A stretch of DNA of 64,000 nt from Candidatus Limnocylindria bacterium (GTDB taxonomy: Bacteria; Chloroflexota; Limnocylindria; P2-11E). Below the pieces are notes generated by a model, which worked only from the letters and a program-made list of their open reading frames with translations, searched no databases and was not told the origin of the DNA. The stretch spans positions 375-64,374 of the forward strand of contig JBGPKU010000009.1 in the NCBI GenBank assembly GCA_041486085.1, written 5' to 3'. Numbering within the stretch: position 1 is the stretch's first letter; each line of letters opens with the position of its first letter. The translations under genes and the position numbers were made by a program. Below, in pieces: positions 9,421-18,344 of this stretch.

Positions 9421-10203
9421 GTGGCCCGCCGCGTGCGCCTCGATCAGCTCCTTGTCCAGCGCTCGCTCGCTCCGAGCCGAGAGCGCGCGCAGGCGCTCAT
9501 CCTGGCCGGGGTCGTTCGCGTGGACGGCGATCCGGTGCGACGAAGCGCCGACTCCGTGCCGGACGACGCGCAGCTCACGCTCGACGCCGGACCCCGATTC
9601 GTCTCGCGCGGCGGAGAGAAGCTCGACGCGGCGCTCGACGAGCTCGGCGTCGACGTCACAGGCCGGGTGGCTCTCGACATCGGGTCGTCGACGGGCGGCT
9701 TCACCGACTGCCTGCTGCAGCGCGGCGCCTCACGCGTATATGCGGTGGACGTGGGCAAGGGGCAGCTGGAGTGGAAGATCCGGATTGACCCCCGTGTGGT
9801 CGTGATGGAGGGGCTGAACGCGCGGGAGGGCGTGCCGCTGCCGGAGCCGGTCGACCTCATCGTGGCGGACGTGTCCTTCATCTCACTGCGCCTCGCGGTG
9901 CCGCCGTCCTTCGCACATCTGCGTGAGGGTGGTGAGATCGTCGCCCTGGTGAAGCCGCAGTTCGAAGCGGGGCGCGAGGCCGTTGGACGTGGCGGCATCG
10001 TCCGTGACGTGGCGCCGCGAGTCGAGGCCGTGGTGGCCGTGGCCGAACGCTTCGCGGCGGATGGCGTCCCGATAGTCGCCGTCGTGCCGTCGCGCCTACC
10101 CGGCCGCGAGGGCAATCGCGAGATCTTCGTGCAGGGACGCCGCGGTGGCGTGCCGCTCGGATCCGATGCGCTGCGTGCCGCGGCGGAGCGCGCGGCCGCG
10201 TGA
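9421..10203 (+). CDS. tlyA: TlyA-family rRNA 2'-O-methyltransferase (hemolysin A-like)
   Basis: S4-like N-terminus RVRLDQLLVQRSLAPSRERAQALILAGVV, FVSRGGEKL, SAM motif LDIGSSTGGFTDCLL. GTG 9421 chosen because GGGAGA lies about 10 nt upstream. ATG 9382 and 9394 are alternatives. Confidence 0.8.
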   Translation: MARRVRLDQLLVQRSLAPSRERAQALILAGVVRVDGDPVRRSADSVPDDAQLTLDAGPRFVSRGGEKLDAALDELGVDVTGRVALDIGSSTGGFTDCLLQRGASRVYAVDVGKGQLEWKIRIDPRVVVMEGLNAREGVPLPEPVDLIVADVSFISLRLAVPPSFAHLREGGEIVALVKPQFEAGREAVGRGGIVRDVAPRVEAVVAVAERFAADGVPIVAVVPSRLPGREGNREIFVQGRRGGVPLGSDALRAAAERAAA

Positions 10204-11024
10204 GGGTCGCCGTCTGCGTCAGGCCGAACTTCACCGATGCGGTCGCGGCCGCGAAAGCTGCCGCCCAGCGGATCCGGAGGGCCGGTCACGAGGTGGTGGA
10301 GAGCAGCCTCGACGACGTGAGATCGGTTGAGCTCAGGGGCGTCGAGCTGGCGGTCGTGTTCGGGGGTGACGGAACGATGCTGCATGCGGCTCGGGCGCTC
10401 GCGCCGCGCGGCGTGCCGCTTCTCGGAGTCAACATCGGCCACCTCGGCTTCCTCACCGCGGCGACGACGGAGGAGCTGGACGCGGCGTTCGCGGACGTGG
10501 TCGCCGGGCGCTACGAAGTGGAGGAGCGCGCGATGCTCGACACGACCCTCGTGCGTGGAGAGTCCGAGGCCGCGACCGGGCTCGCGCTGAACGATGTGGT
10601 CGTCGCGCGCGGGCAGCTGGTGCGCTCGATCCACGTTGACGTCACGGTCGACGACGATCTGCTCATCGAGTACTGGGCCGACGGGGTGATCATCGCGACC
10701 GCCACCGGTAGCACCGCGTACGGTTTCTCGGTCGGAGGGCCGCTCATCCTTCCGACGTCTTTGAACATCACGCTCGTACCGATCGCGCCCCACCTCTCGT
10801 TCCCGAACGCGTTCGTGTTCGACCCGGACCAGAAGATCGAGCTGGGCGTGCGCGACGAGCCGGCGCGCCTCTCGATCGACGGGCAGGTGGAGCATGATCT
10901 GCGTGCCGGCGACCAGGTCCACGTCGCTCGCTCGCCCACGGTCGCGAAGCTCGTGCGGACCGCGCACGCGCGTCCATTCCTCGCGCTGCTGCGCCAGAAG
11001 ATCCTGAAGGAGCCTGAAAAGTGA
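10200..11024 (+). CDS. nadK: NAD kinase
   Basis: GTGA overlap with tlyA. Motifs VVFGGDGTMLHAAR, GVNIGHLGFLT, TATGSTAYGFSVGGP. Confidence 0.9.
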   Translation: MRVAVCVRPNFTDAVAAAKAAAQRIRRAGHEVVESSLDDVRSVELRGVELAVVFGGDGTMLHAARALAPRGVPLLGVNIGHLGFLTAATTEELDAAFADVVAGRYEVEERAMLDTTLVRGESEAATGLALNDVVVARGQLVRSIHVDVTVDDDLLIEYWADGVIIATATGSTAYGFSVGGPLILPTSLNITLVPIAPHLSFPNAFVFDPDQKIELGVRDEPARLSIDGQVEHDLRAGDQVHVARSPTVAKLVRTAHARPFLALLRQKILKEPEK

Positions 11025-11827
11025 CACTCGACACGAATGCCGCCGTCGAGGCGATCCACGCGCTGACCAAGCAGCGTCCGACGGTGGCGATCGTCCTCGG
11101 AAGCGGGCTGGGCGCGCTCGCCGAGGACGTGCAGTCCGCCGACCGCATCCCGTACGACCGCATCCCGGGTTGGAAGCGCAGCACGGCGCCCGGCCATTCC
11201 GGCCAGCTGGTCATCGGGACGCTGGAAGGCAAGACCGTCGCCGTCATGAAGGGGCGCCTTCACTACTACGAGGGCTACGCGATGACCGAGGTCACGTTCC
11301 CGATCCGCGTCTTCAAGGCCATGGGGATCGAGACCGTCATCCTGACGAACGCCTGCGGAGGCCTGAACCCGTCCTATCACGCGGGCGATCTCGTGGTCAT
11401 CAACGACCACATCAACTTCATGCCGGAGAATCCGCTGCGCGGTCCGAACGACCAGGCGCTCGGGCCGCGATTCCCCGACGTGGTCGGCACGTACACCGAG
11501 GAGCTCCGCAAGCTGGCGCATTCGGTCGATGGGGATCTGCGCGAGGGCGTCTACGTCGCCGTGGCAGGGCCGAACTTCGAGACGCCCGCGGAGCTGCGGA
11601 TGCTGCGCCGCTGGGGCGCCGACGCGGTCGGCATGAGTACCGTGCCGGAGGTCCTCGTCGCGCGGCACGCCGGCATGCGCATCCTGGCGATCGCCACGGT
11701 GACCGACATGGCGACCGGGCTTCCCGGACTCATCTCGCACATCACCCATGAAGAGGTGCTCGCGGTCGCGGACAAGGCGGGCAAGCGCCTCGGCAACGTG
11801 GTGAAGGGAGTCGTACGGCGGCTGTAA
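11021..11827 (+). CDS. punA: purine nucleoside phosphorylase (PNP family)
   Basis: Motifs IVLGSGLG, STAPGHSGQLVIG, GRLHYYEGY, NACGGLN, FETPAELRMLRRWGADAVGMSTVPE. Confidence 0.85.
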   Translation: MTLDTNAAVEAIHALTKQRPTVAIVLGSGLGALAEDVQSADRIPYDRIPGWKRSTAPGHSGQLVIGTLEGKTVAVMKGRLHYYEGYAMTEVTFPIRVFKAMGIETVILTNACGGLNPSYHAGDLVVINDHINFMPENPLRGPNDQALGPRFPDVVGTYTEELRKLAHSVDGDLREGVYVAVAGPNFETPAELRMLRRWGADAVGMSTVPEVLVARHAGMRILAIATVTDMATGLPGLISHITHEEVLAVADKAGKRLGNVVKGVVRRL

Positions 11828-13134
11828 TGCGCGCCGTAGACCTCATCGAGCGGAAGCGCGACGGCGGGAGGATTTCGGCCGAGGAGATCGACTTCCTCGT
11901 CCTGGGCTACACCAAGGGTCAGATCCCGGACTACCAGATGGCCGCGCTGCTCATGGCGATCGTGTGGCGCGGGATGGACGCCAAGGAGACGGCGGCGCTG
12001 ACCGCGAGCATGGTCGCGTCGGGCGAACGCCTCGACCTGTCGCGGTTCGGACGCGTCGTGGACAAGCACTCCACCGGCGGGGTCGGCGACAAGACCACCC
12101 TCGTCGTCGCGCCGCTCGTGGCCGCATGCGGCCTCCCGGTCGCGAAGATGAGTGGGCGTGGGCTCGGTTTCTCGGGTGGAACGCTCGACAAGCTCGAGTC
12201 GATCAAGGGCTACCGCGTGGACCTCACGACGCAGGAGTTCCTTGCACAGCTCGAGCGCATCGGCATCGTCGTCACCGGTCAGACGAAGGACCTCGCGCCC
12301 GCCGACGGACTGCTCTACGCGCTCCGCGACGCCACAGGCACCGTGCCGTCGATCCCGTTGATCGCGTCGAGCATCATGTCCAAGAAGATCGCGGCCGGCG
12401 CGCACGCGGTCGTGCTGGATGTCAAGGTGGGGAGCGGCGCGTTCATGAAGGACCGCCGCACGGCGACCGCGCTGGCGCGCGCGATGGTCTCCATCGGCGC
12501 GGCCCATGGCCTCGCGGTGACGTGCGAGCTCACCGACATGGAGCAGCCACTCGGACGTGCGGTGGGGAACGCGCTGGAGGTGGCTGAAGCGATCGCCACG
12601 CTCCGGGGCGACGGACCGGCCGATCTCACCGAGCTGGCGCTCGTCGCTTCGACGGAGATGCTCGTGCTCGGCAAGCGGGCCCGCGCCGCGGCCGCGGCCC
12701 GGCGGCAGGCCGAAGCCGCGCTCGCGGATGGCAGCGGCCTGGCCAAGCTCCGCGCGCTCGTCGAGGCGCAGGGCGGCGACGTGCGCATGGTCGACGACCC
12801 GAAGCGGCTGCCGCGCGCTCCACAGGTCGTGACGCTCAGGGCAACGCGCGGGGCGTTCGTCGCCGCGATCGACGCGGAGCAGGTCGGCCTCGCGTCGGTC
12901 CATCTCGGCGCTGGCCGCGAGAAGAAGGGGGACCCGATCGACCATCGGACCGGCGTCGTGCTCCATGCCAAGGTGGGGGATCGGGTCGAGCGCGGGCAGC
13001 CGTTCGCCGATGTCCACGTGGCCGGGCGACCGGCCGACGCCGCCGCGGTCGACCAGATCCGGACCGCGTTCCGGTGGAGCGCGCGTCGTGTCCCAAGACG
13101 AAAGCTGATCCTCGGTCGGATCGGCGGTCACTGA
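11827..13134 (+). CDS. deoA: thymidine / pyrimidine-nucleoside phosphorylase
   Basis: TAATG overlap with punA. Motifs DKHSTGGVGDKT, SGRGLGFSGGTLDKLES, SIMSKKIAAG. Confidence 0.85.
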   Translation: MRAVDLIERKRDGGRISAEEIDFLVLGYTKGQIPDYQMAALLMAIVWRGMDAKETAALTASMVASGERLDLSRFGRVVDKHSTGGVGDKTTLVVAPLVAACGLPVAKMSGRGLGFSGGTLDKLESIKGYRVDLTTQEFLAQLERIGIVVTGQTKDLAPADGLLYALRDATGTVPSIPLIASSIMSKKIAAGAHAVVLDVKVGSGAFMKDRRTATALARAMVSIGAAHGLAVTCELTDMEQPLGRAVGNALEVAEAIATLRGDGPADLTELALVASTEMLVLGKRARAAAAARRQAEAALADGSGLAKLRALVEAQGGDVRMVDDPKRLPRAPQVVTLRATRGAFVAAIDAEQVGLASVHLGAGREKKGDPIDHRTGVVLHAKVGDRVERGQPFADVHVAGRPADAAAVDQIRTAFRWSARRVPRRKLILGRIGGH

Positions 13135-13163
13135 GGCGATTTCTTACCTAGACTGAACGCGCA

Positions 13164-13892
13164 GTGATCGCACGTCGCGGCGGACTCTTCGGCCCCGGCG
13201 GCACCGATCCGATGCTCATTTTCGGGCTGCTCCTCCTGATCTACGCATTCATACGCGGCACGCTCGTGTCGCCCGTGCAGCGCGCTTCGCAGGATCCGGT
13301 CGGATTCATCGCCTTCATCATCGCGATCGTGCTGGGGATCACCGTCCACGAATTCATGCACGCGTACGCCGCGCACCGGTTGGGAGACGACACCGCGCGG
13401 CTGCTCGGCCGGCTCAGCCTGAACCCGCTCGCCCACCTCGACCCGTTCGGCACGCTGCTCCTCGTGCTCGCCGGCTTCGGCTACGGCAAGCCGGTACCGT
13501 TCAACGAGTCGCGCCTGCGGTCGGCCGTCGGCGTGACGGTCGTGGCGCTCGCCGGGCCGCTGGCGAACCTCGCTCTCGCCGCGGTCTTCGCGATCCCGTT
13601 GCGCTTCGGCGCGGCTGGCGCGCTCGGAGCCACGTACGAGGCGATTCTTCTTGCGATCGTGTTCTGGAACTGCGTGCTCGCGATCTTCAACCTCGTGCCC
13701 ATCCCACCCCTTGATGGTTCGAACGTCGTCTACGGACTGCTGCCGCCCCGACAGCAGTATTCCTGGCGGACCTACCGGCAGTACGGACCGTTTCTGCTGC
13801 TCTTCATCCTCCTGCTCGCCCCGCAGATCCTGAGCGCGCTGGTGTTCGGCCCGGCCACCGGCTTGGCGCTCTTTCTCACTGGATTGCGTTGA
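13164..13892 (+). CDS. site-2 protease family (M50) membrane metalloprotease
   Basis: HExxH (VHEFMHAYAAH), second motif NLVPIPPLDG, multiple hydrophobic helices. Confidence 0.75.
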   Translation: MIARRGGLFGPGGTDPMLIFGLLLLIYAFIRGTLVSPVQRASQDPVGFIAFIIAIVLGITVHEFMHAYAAHRLGDDTARLLGRLSLNPLAHLDPFGTLLLVLAGFGYGKPVPFNESRLRSAVGVTVVALAGPLANLALAAVFAIPLRFGAAGALGATYEAILLAIVFWNCVLAIFNLVPIPPLDGSNVVYGLLPPRQQYSWRTYRQYGPFLLLFILLLAPQILSALVFGPATGLALFLTGLR

Positions 13893-14296
13893 GCGCGCTC
13901 GATCGCGTGGTGCAGACCTGGCGGTACCTCGCGGTCGCGCGCGGCGACGAGCGTCACGCCGAGCGGACGGCCGAGATCCTGCGAGCAACCGGCGCCGATG
14001 CCGACCTCGTCCTGGCCGGCGCGCTGCACGACCGCGCGAAGCCCAGCGGCACGCGGCTCTGGCACCGCATCGCCGGTGTGCTGCTGGAGACGTTCGCGCC
14101 GCCCTTGCGGACGCGAGTCGCACGTGGCGACGGGACCATGGCGCGCTATCTCGATCACGCGCGGCGTGGCGCGGAGCTCGCGCGAGCGGAGGGGCGTTCC
14201 GAGCGCGTGGTGCGGCTGATCGCGCGGCATCACGAGCGGCCGCGCGACGCCGACGAGCGCCTGCTGGCACGAGCCGACCGCGAGGCGACGCCGTGA
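13889..14296 (+). CDS. small HD-domain-like protein (function unknown)
   Basis: 4-nt coupled to both neighbours. GALHDRAK and IARHHERP resemble a split H...HD metal motif. TTG start as listed in the ORF track. Confidence 0.45.
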   Translation: MSALDRVVQTWRYLAVARGDERHAERTAEILRATGADADLVLAGALHDRAKPSGTRLWHRIAGVLLETFAPPLRTRVARGDGTMARYLDHARRGAELARAEGRSERVVRLIARHHERPRDADERLLARADREATP

Positions 14297-15036
14297 TGCT
14301 CGGGCACGAGGGCCCGAACGTTACGGTCGAGGGATTCGATGGACCGCTGGAGATGCTGCTCGAGCTCGTCGAGGAGAAGAAGCTCGACATCCTGACGGTG
14401 CGCCTCGGGGACCTCGCCGACGCGTATCTCAGCCGCGTGCGCGCGCAGGACACGCTGCCCGCGGAAGAGGTCGCCTCGTTCCTCGCGCTGGCATCGCGCC
14501 TGGTCTTGTTGAAAGCGCGCAGCCTGTTGCCGTCCCTCGCGCCCGCCAGCCTCGAGGACGAGGGAGAGACCGAGGAAGAGCTGCGGGCCCGTCTCCTCGA
14601 GTATGCGGTGGTGCGTGAGCGCGCTGGTGCGCTCGGCGACCGGATGCGTGCTGGAGAGCGCGCGTTCCACCGTGAGGGCGGGACTCCGGTCAACCTGCCG
14701 CCACGCGGGGGAGAGGTGAACGCGCTCGCGGCGGCGTGGACCCGCGTGCTCGCCCTCGCCGCTCGCGTACGCGAGGAAGAGAACATGGCGCCCGGCGAGC
14801 GCTATTCAGTCGAAATTCGCACCGCGGAGATAGAGCGGATCGTCAGCGAGCGCGGCGACGTCACATTCAGCGAGCTACTGGGTGCGAGGCCCACGCTCGG
14901 ATGGGCCGTCGTAACGTTCATCGCGCTGCTCGACCTCTACCGCCGCGTCGTGATCGACCTCGTGCAGAGCGAGCTGTTCACCGACATCCTCATCAAGAGG
15001 AAGGACCTGATTGCCGCGGTGCCCGAACCATCATGA
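14293..15036 (+). CDS. scpA: segregation and condensation protein A
   Basis: FDGPLEMLLELVEEKKLDILTVRLGDLADAYL is typical of ScpA. Followed by scpB. Confidence 0.85.
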   Translation: MMLGHEGPNVTVEGFDGPLEMLLELVEEKKLDILTVRLGDLADAYLSRVRAQDTLPAEEVASFLALASRLVLLKARSLLPSLAPASLEDEGETEEELRARLLEYAVVRERAGALGDRMRAGERAFHREGGTPVNLPPRGGEVNALAAAWTRVLALAARVREEENMAPGERYSVEIRTAEIERIVSERGDVTFSELLGARPTLGWAVVTFIALLDLYRRVVIDLVQSELFTDILIKRKDLIAAVPEPS

Positions 15037-15584
15037 GGAGCCCGCTCGCGAGCTCCATCGAGGCGGTGCTCTTCGTCGCGGAGAAGCCGGTATCGCGGGG
15101 CGAGCTGGCGAAGATCGTGAACGCGACACCGAGGCAGGTCGATGGCGCGTTGGCCGAGCTCGCGCAGAGCTACGCGGGCACGGGGCTGCGGCTCGCACAC
15201 GACGGTGACGACTGGCAGCTCATCACCTCACCGGAGCAGGCGCACGTCGTCGCGGCGTACCTTGGCGCCGACAGGCTGCGCGTCTCCCCGGCGTCGCTCG
15301 AAACGCTCGCGGTCGTCGCGTACCGGCAGCCCGTGACACGAGGCGAGGTCGAGGCGATCCGCGGGGTGAACTGCGACCAGACGATCTACACGCTCATGCA
15401 GCGACGGCTCATCGAGGAGCGCGGTCGCCGCGAAGTGCCGGGCCGGCCGATCCTGTACGGCACCACCTGGGAGTTCCTCGAGTGCTTCGGGCTCTCGAGC
15501 CTCGATGACCTTCCGCGAGCGCTGACGCCGGAAGGGATCGCGATGGGGCAGCCCGGCGCCGTCCCCGACGCGAGCGCGCCGTGA
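15033..15584 (+). CDS. scpB: segregation and condensation protein B
   Basis: ATG 15033 (ATGA overlap with scpA). Motifs IEAVLFVAEKPVS, SLETLAVVAYRQPVTRGEVEAIRGV, GRPILYGTT. Confidence 0.85.
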   Translation: MRSPLASSIEAVLFVAEKPVSRGELAKIVNATPRQVDGALAELAQSYAGTGLRLAHDGDDWQLITSPEQAHVVAAYLGADRLRVSPASLETLAVVAYRQPVTRGEVEAIRGVNCDQTIYTLMQRRLIEERGRREVPGRPILYGTTWEFLECFGLSSLDDLPRALTPEGIAMGQPGAVPDASAP

Positions 15585-16969
15585 TCCGCCTGCAGAAGGC
15601 GCTCGCCGATCGTGGCGTCGCGTCACGGCGGCGCGCGGAGGAGCTGATCACCGCAGGACGCGTGCGCGTGGAGGGCGAGGCGGTGATGACGCTCGGCACG
15701 AAGGTGCCGCCCGATGCGCGCATCGACGTGGACGGCGTCGCCACGCACAAGGCGGCGACTCGCTACGTGCTGCTCAACAAGCCGAAGGGCATCGTCTCGA
15801 CCGCGCACGACGAGCGGGGACGGAAGACGGTCGTCGACGTCGTGGGCGCCGCTGAGCGCCTGTATCCCGTGGGTCGCCTCGACACGGATTCCGAGGGCAT
15901 GGTGCTGCTCACCAACGACGGCGAGTGGGCCGAGCGAGTGCTGCACCCACGGTTCGGCCACGAACGCGAGTACGACGTGTCGGTGACCGGAGAGCTCACA
16001 CCCGACGGACTCGCGCAGCTGCGCAACGGCATCCGTCTCGAGGAGGGCCTCGCCCTGGCTGCGCGCATCGAGGTGCGCTCCCGCTCGCGCAACGCGAGCC
16101 GCATCACGATGGTCCTGCACACCGGCTGGCGCCGGCAGATCCGGCGCATGCTCTCGTCCGTCGGCCTGCGGACCGTTCGCCTCGTGCGGGTGCGCGTCGG
16201 CAACCTGCCGCTTGGCAAGCTTCGCGAGGGTGAGTGGCGTGAGCTCACGCCCAGGGAGATCGCCGACCTCGCTCGACCCGCTGAGAAGCGCGCGAGGGAG
16301 CAGAAGCCGGTCGCCGCGCCGAAACCCGAGCTACGACGGGGCAGCGAGCTGCCCCGGAGCCGCTCTGCGGTACGCGCCGCACCCCGTCGCTCAGTCGCGA
16401 CGGGGTTCCAGGGGGTAAGGACCCCCGGGCGCGTAGCGACCGCGCGGGGTCCATCGGCGCAGCGATCGGCTCATGCCTCGCCCCCGCCCGCCCTCTCGAC
16501 GGATCCGGCTCGCCGGCCCGCTTCGGCGCATCAGCGAGAACCGCGATCGACCGGGCGACCTTCGCCGGCAACCGCTGGACGGCCCCCAGCCCCAGCGGGA
16601 TCGGCTCGGCGGCCTGCTTCCGCGGAGCGATTCGTGCCTCAAGCGGCGCCGACGGGCCCATCGGGTAGTCGCGCGCGCCGGACCACGCTCTCGCAGCCGG
16701 CCGCTGTGCCGTCACCGACGCGTGGGTCGCGCGGTCCGGGTCGTCCAGCGACCGGCGGGCGACAAGCGGGTACTCGTCCGCCGGCTCGCGGCGCCAGCGG
16801 GCCGGTTCGTCGTGCGGGCTCGGCCCGTCCCCAATCCAGACCGTCCGCGCCTGCGCGCGGATCGCGCCCCGGTGCGATGCCGGCGCGTGGCGCGTCGCGA
16901 CCGGTGCGGCGGCCGCCGGCACCGTACGGCGTGCGGCGCGGGCCGGTGCGCGCGAAGGTCGCGCGTTGA
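15581..16969 (+). CDS. rluB: RluB/RsuA-family 23S rRNA pseudouridine synthase with a long R/P/A/S-rich C-terminal extension
   Basis: S4 domain (IRLQKALADRGVASRRRAEELI) and catalytic motif GRLDTDSEGMVLLTNDG. The core ends near 16290. The frame stays open for about 220 more codons to TGA 16967-16969. Whether the tail is translated is uncertain (see finding). Confidence 0.8.
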   Translation: MIRLQKALADRGVASRRRAEELITAGRVRVEGEAVMTLGTKVPPDARIDVDGVATHKAATRYVLLNKPKGIVSTAHDERGRKTVVDVVGAAERLYPVGRLDTDSEGMVLLTNDGEWAERVLHPRFGHEREYDVSVTGELTPDGLAQLRNGIRLEEGLALAARIEVRSRSRNASRITMVLHTGWRRQIRRMLSSVGLRTVRLVRVRVGNLPLGKLREGEWRELTPREIADLARPAEKRAREQKPVAAPKPELRRGSELPRSRSAVRAAPRRSVATGFQGVRTPGRVATARGPSAQRSAHASPPPALSTDPARRPASAHQREPRSTGRPSPATAGRPPAPAGSARRPASAERFVPQAAPTGPSGSRARRTTLSQPAAVPSPTRGSRGPGRPATGGRQAGTRPPARGASGPVRRAGSARPQSRPSAPARGSRPGAMPARGASRPVRRPPAPYGVRRGPVRAKVAR

Positions 16970-16982
16970 CGCCGCGGACCAT
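16245..16982 (-). CDS. candidate antisense ORF embedded in the rluB tail region (hypothetical; may be a shadow ORF)
   Basis: Fully open on the minus strand. A hand tally of phase GC over 16441-16920 puts the GC-rich third position in this frame. ATG 16982 is the first ATG, but the start is not established. Confidence 0.25.
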   Translation of the reverse strand: MVRGVNARPSRAPARAARRTVPAAAAPVATRHAPASHRGAIRAQARTVWIGDGPSPHDEPARWRREPADEYPLVARRSLDDPDRATHASVTAQRPAARAWSGARDYPMGPSAPLEARIAPRKQAAEPIPLGLGAVQRLPAKVARSIAVLADAPKRAGEPDPSRGRAGARHEPIAAPMDPARSLRARGSLPPGTPSRLSDGVRRVPQSGSGAARCPVVARVSARRPASAPSRASQRVERGRRSPWA

Positions 16983-17643
16983 CGCGATCGACGGACCGGC
17001 GGGCGCCGGCAAGAGCACGATCGGCGCGCTCGTCGCCGAGCGTCTGGGCTACACGTTCCTCGACACCGGTGCGATGTATCGCGCCCTCACGCTCGCCGCG
17101 CTGCGGCGAGGCATCGACCCCGACGACGCCGAGCGTCTCGGCAAGCTCGCGCGCGAGGCGCGTGTCCTGATCGGGCCGCCCACCGTCCGTGACGGCCGCG
17201 CGTACACCGTGCTGCTGGACGGCGCGGACGTCACCTGGGACATCCGCGCGGCGAGTGTCGACGCGACAGTGTCGCTGGTGGCGCGCGTTCAGGCGGTGCG
17301 TGACGCGATGGTCGAACAGCAGCGCGGTCTCGCGCAGCGCGGACGCGTCGTGATGGTCGGCCGTGATATCGGCACGGTCGTCCTGCCGAAGGCCGAACGC
17401 AAGATCTACCTCACCGCATCGGCGGCCGAGCGCGCGAAGCGCCGCGAAGAGGAGCTGCGGTCGCGCGGCGAGGTGCGCCCGCGGCAGGAGCTGCTGCAGG
17501 AGATCCTCCGCCGCGACAAGCTGGACAGCGAGCGCGCCGTCGCCCCGCTCAAGGCGGCGGACGATGCGATCGTGGTCCAGACAGACGGTCTGTCGGTGGG
17601 ACAGGCTCTCGAGAAGGTGGTGGCGATCGCCACCGCGGTGTGA
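16966..17643 (+). CDS. cmk: cytidylate kinase
   Basis: IAIDGPAGAGKSTIGALVAERLGYTFLDTGAMYRA. TTG start overlaps the rluB stop. Confidence 0.9.
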   Translation: MTPRTIAIDGPAGAGKSTIGALVAERLGYTFLDTGAMYRALTLAALRRGIDPDDAERLGKLAREARVLIGPPTVRDGRAYTVLLDGADVTWDIRAASVDATVSLVARVQAVRDAMVEQQRGLAQRGRVVMVGRDIGTVVLPKAERKIYLTASAAERAKRREEELRSRGEVRPRQELLQEILRRDKLDSERAVAPLKAADDAIVVQTDGLSVGQALEKVVAIATAV

Positions 17644-18317
17644 TCGAGCGCCTCTTCGCGAAGGCTCCGACGGAGCCGGAGTCACGGCTGTGGGTCTGGC
17701 GACTGCTCTTCCCGCCGGTCCGCGCCGTCGTGTCGGCGTTCGCGGGCATCGAGGTGAACGGGAGAGTCAACCTGCCGGCGACTGGCCCGTACATCCTCGC
17801 CGCGAATCACATGAGCTGGAAGGACCCGCCCGTCGTGTCCATCGCCCTCGCGACGCCGATCCGCTGGATGGCGAAGATCGAAGTGTTCGACTATCCGATC
17901 CTCGGGTTCGTGCTGCGCGGCATCGGGAACTTCGCGGTGCGGCGCGGAGAGAGCGATCGGAGAGCCATCGCGCTCTCTCTCAAGGTGCTCGAATGCGGAT
18001 TGCCACTCGGCGTTTTCCCCGAAGGTCATCGCAGCGACCGGGGGCTGCTGCGTGGGCAGCCGGGGATCGCGCTGCTCGCGGATCGCGCGGATGCGCTGAT
18101 CGTCCCGTGCGGCATCATCGGAACGAAGACGGCGCGTCTTCGTCCGGTGCGCCGGACCGAGGCGACGGTGAATCTTGGCCGGGCTTTTCGCATCTCCGAG
18201 CTTCCATCAGACACCAGACGCGATCGCCAGGCCACGGCCGACGCGATCATGCTGCGCATCGCCGATCTGCTCCCTGCGGAGATGCGTGGCGTGTACGCGC
18301 AGGGCGTTCCCAAGTAA
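17640..18317 (+). CDS. plsC: 1-acyl-sn-glycerol-3-phosphate acyltransferase
   Basis: HX4D box (ANHMSWKDP) and FPEGHRS box. 4-nt overlap with cmk. Confidence 0.8.
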   Translation: MIERLFAKAPTEPESRLWVWRLLFPPVRAVVSAFAGIEVNGRVNLPATGPYILAANHMSWKDPPVVSIALATPIRWMAKIEVFDYPILGFVLRGIGNFAVRRGESDRRAIALSLKVLECGLPLGVFPEGHRSDRGLLRGQPGIALLADRADALIVPCGIIGTKTARLRPVRRTEATVNLGRAFRISELPSDTRRDRQATADAIMLRIADLLPAEMRGVYAQGVPK

Positions 18318-18344
18318 CGACGGGCCAGCACCTAGAATCGATGC

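Noticed and set aside
9444-11027. 527-aa minus-strand ORF antisense to tlyA/nadK. Similar long antisense ORFs lie at 11551..13131, 13128..14786, 18893..20422, 22417..24069, 30137..31462, 43709..45052, 44878..46173, 46383..47828, 49686..51350, 55427..57493, 59057..60157 and 60791..62278.
   Set aside because: All lie opposite + strand genes with clear family motifs and GC-rich third positions. Their translations are R/H/D/E/G-rich shadow sequences, typical of stop-poor antisense frames in high-GC DNA.
16669-16965. In-frame upstream extension of cmk. This phase also has high third-position GC in the rluB tail region.
   Set aside because: The phase is closed by TAG 16666-16668 and has no ATG, GTG or TTG before 16966. 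Its pos1 GC is lower than its pos2 GC, which is atypical for coding sequence.
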